A DNA stretch of 64,000 nucleotides, taken from contig NC_090368.1 in the NCBI RefSeq assembly GCF_035084215.1, forward strand, positions 3,348,001-3,412,000, given 5' to 3'. The position numbers and the translations under genes were made by a program. The notes beneath the pieces are model-generated. The model worked only from the letters and a program-made list of their open reading frames with translations, made no database searches and was not told the DNA's origin. The first letter of the stretch is position 1, and every line of letters begins with the position of its first letter. Positions 61,001 through 64,000 of this stretch are shown piece by piece. The DNA is from Heptranchias perlo (lineage: Eukaryota).

Positions 61001-64000
61001 TATGACAATTGTAGTTGACCTGTCAGCCGTGGCTCTACCAATGAATGTGCAGGCACCAGGTGATACAGAAACAGTGGGGCACAGAGAGACATTATTTTCT
61101 GAATGAGATTTACAGTTAGTTCATAATTACTGGTACAGTAGCATAGTGGTTTTGTTACTGGACTAGTAATCCAGAGGCCTGGACTAATATTCCAGAGCCA
61201 TGAGTTCAAATTTAAATTCAATTAATTAAATAAAATCTGGAATAATAAACAACCAGTATCAGTAATGGTGGCCATGAAACTACCAGATTCTCGTAAAAAC
61301 CCATCTGGTTCACTAATGTCCTTTAGGGAAGGAAACCTGCCGTCCTTACCCGGTCTGGCCTCTATGTGACTCCAGACCCACAGCAATGTGGTTGATTCTT
61401 AATCTGCCTCTGAAATGGCCTAGCAAGACACTCAGTTGTACAATCTCGCTACAAAAAGTCATAATCACTGTGGGAGAACCTTCACCACAAGGACTGCAGC
61501 GGCTCACCACCACCTTCTCAAGGGGCAATTAGGGATGGGCAATAAATGCCGGCCTCGCCAGCGACTCCCACATCCCAAGAATGAATCTTTTAAAAAATGA
61601 CTGCTATACAACAAATCCTCGATGCTGGGTCCCAATGAGAGAGCGTCTGTGTTTGCTTAAGGGAACGAAGTTTCCTGTATTTTCACACACTCCAAAGTTG
61701 TTGGTTTGACTTTTTTATATTGTTGCACTGTAGGATTAAGGTGCAGTTTTGGCTTTTTTTTATATAATCAAAGGCACTCGACGTGAGTCGATCTGTCACA
61801 TGATTCTATCAGTCCAAAGATTTCCTTTCACTGTATTTATCAATCATCTGCATGAAGCAAAGCATTTTAATTCACTCCTACCTTTCATAATTCCCGTGCA
61901 CCCCATTCCATTCTGTTAACTTTCACTGTATAAGGAAACCTACCTGTTATTTCTCATTGAACTAAACATCAACGGAAGCAATCACGGTTTAAAATTTGTA
62001 ATTCACTTTATAATCTTCATCAATAGAACCACATTGCCCATCAATATATAAGATCTATATTTATTAATCGTTTGACTGATTGACCCTGTGATTTTGGCTC
62101 ATACAATTAATTGCATTTTTCATGATATGTTTTCAGTTGGATGCAGTTACTAGTAGATACATTGATGGCTCCTTTAAAATAGTTGTCAAACCACTTTGAT
62201 ATAAAATAGTGTGTAAGAGACGGGGAATTAGTTATCCCGAGCGATTTATCCAGACGTTTGATCGGTGTTAACGCCTTAGGAGTTTGTATCTTGCCATCAG
62301 AGATGATGTTACGCATTGTATGATTGAATGAGTGTATCTATTGAAAATGACCCGGATAGAATGGGGCAAATGACCGAGCAGTGGTGGGCCGAGTCTTTTA
62401 TCAAGGATAGAGTGTTTTTATAATCTCACTTTCATGCTCCGAAACATTTACAAAATGGCCACAGCACGCCAGCATTTTGATTTATAACTGCTGATAGGGT
62501 GAGATGAAACTGGATGGGAGAAGGCTCATGTGATGCATAAACGCCAGCACAAACCAGCTGGGCCGAACGGCCTGTTTCGGTGCTGTCATTTCGACGTAGA
62601 AAGGATGAGAGGAATTTCCCCTGGCTGCTAAGAGTTAGTTAGCGACGTCATCAACAAAGATTTCCTGCGTTCGCTATTGCTAACGAAATCGTAAAGACCC
62701 GGTCTGCGATTTGACTGAACGCGATTATCAGAGCGAATTTAACAGGTGGCCAGCAGGAGAAATAGCATTCTCATAAAATCCTTTCAGGAATGAAGCAGAG
62801 AGATGATCTGTGAAGCGGTTATAATCGCGGTTAAAATGATTAGACACATGGTATCATAGAATCATACAGCACAGAGGGAGGCCAGTCGGCCCATCGTGCC
62901 TGTGCTGGCTCTTTGAAAGAGCTGTCCAATTAATCCCACTCCCCCCTGCATTTTTTCCCTTTTCAAGTATTTATCCAATTCCCTTTTGAAAGTTATTATT
63001 GAATCTGCTTCCACCGCCCTTTCAGGCAGTGGATTCAAAATCTTAACAATTCGCTGCATAAAAAAAGCCTCTCATCTTCTCCCTGGTTCTTTTGCCTCGT
63101 CCTCTGGATCCCGGCTCTCCTGCCACTGGAAACAGTTTCTCTCGATTAACTCTATCAAAACCCCTTCATAATTTTGAACACCTCTATTAAATCTCCCCTT
63201 AACCTTCTCTGCTCCAAGGAGAACAATCCCAGCTTCTCCAGTCTCTCCACATAACTGAAGTCCCTCATCCCTGGTACCGTTCTGGCAAATCTCCTCTGCA
63301 CCCTCTCCAAGATAAATTAGATACCAAATCATTTCTCCTCCCTTGCTTTGTTATTTTTTATTAATTGTATTGAGATAAGCAGCAGGGCCATTTACTCGTG
63401 TCGGCGCATTGCATCGAGCAGCTAAACAGGACGCATCTTCACATTGAGAGGGACGCTGTAAATGAGGTCAGTGCCCCGCAGATACTCTGTTCTGTTTGAT
63501 GAACCTGTGCCGCATTCAAGGGTCGTTTTAAAAATAAACTCTTAACTGTTTGACCTTTGCAGGCAGCTCTGCGGGCGGGCGCTTAACCTGCAAAAACAGG
63601 AAAACCACACAGGGCTTTAGCCTCGGACTGTATTTTCGAGCTCAACCCGCCAGTTAGTAAGAATCTTAACGGAGCGATTTCCGCAACTGGCTGTACAATT
63701 GCACAACCAATCCGAACCAATCTGCGCAGAATGACTTCTAAACCAATCATCTCTGAGACCTTCACTGGAACAGTCCCCGCCCGTCACAGGCAATCAGCCA
63801 GCGGCTGTCCCCCTTCTTTCGATCTCTGCCTCGCTTATATGTTGTTTACATTCCATTACAGAGAAATTACAGCACAGAAACAGGCCATTCGGCCCAACTG
63901 ATCTATGCTGGTGTTTATGCTCCACACGAGCCTCCTCCCTCCCTACTTCATCTCACCCTATCAACATATCCTTCTATCCCTTTCTCCCTCATCTCGCTTC

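Overview
Repeat-rich vertebrate genomic DNA, almost certainly from a cartilaginous fish (shark-type CR1, L2, DeuSINE/SacSINE1-like and Penelope elements, and a cluster-type Ig light-chain gene). Most ORFs in the supplied track are low-complexity or retroelement artefacts. The real genes are spliced and were assembled by hand from splice sites and exon phases. From left to right: (1) PEX11B coding exon 1 (minus strand, 2591-2646); (2) an intact 5-exon dermatopontin/haemagglutinin-amoebocyte-aggregation-factor (HAAF)-like secreted protein (+, 6411-16296); (3) a complete, unrearranged sigma-cart (type I/NS5-like) IgL cluster: octamer promoter, leader, V with 12-RSS, RSS-J, C (+, 28424-33360); (4) an inverted second IgL copy (-, 40934-46817) that keeps a near-identical promoter, leader and C exon but has lost V, J and both RSSs, so leader can splice in frame to C to give a secreted constant-domain-only light chain; (5) a non-rearranging antigen-receptor-like gene: leader, V with built-in J-like strand, C1, Cys/TM, ITIM (-, 51934-58869). 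The two IgL copies are arms of an old inverted duplication in which only the promoter/leader and C-exon tracts are near-identical. Penelope-derived hammerhead-ribozyme motifs are present, and a perfect 60-bp hairpin sits between the V and J RSSs. Transposon boundaries are approximate and percent identities are estimates by eye. No database searches were run.
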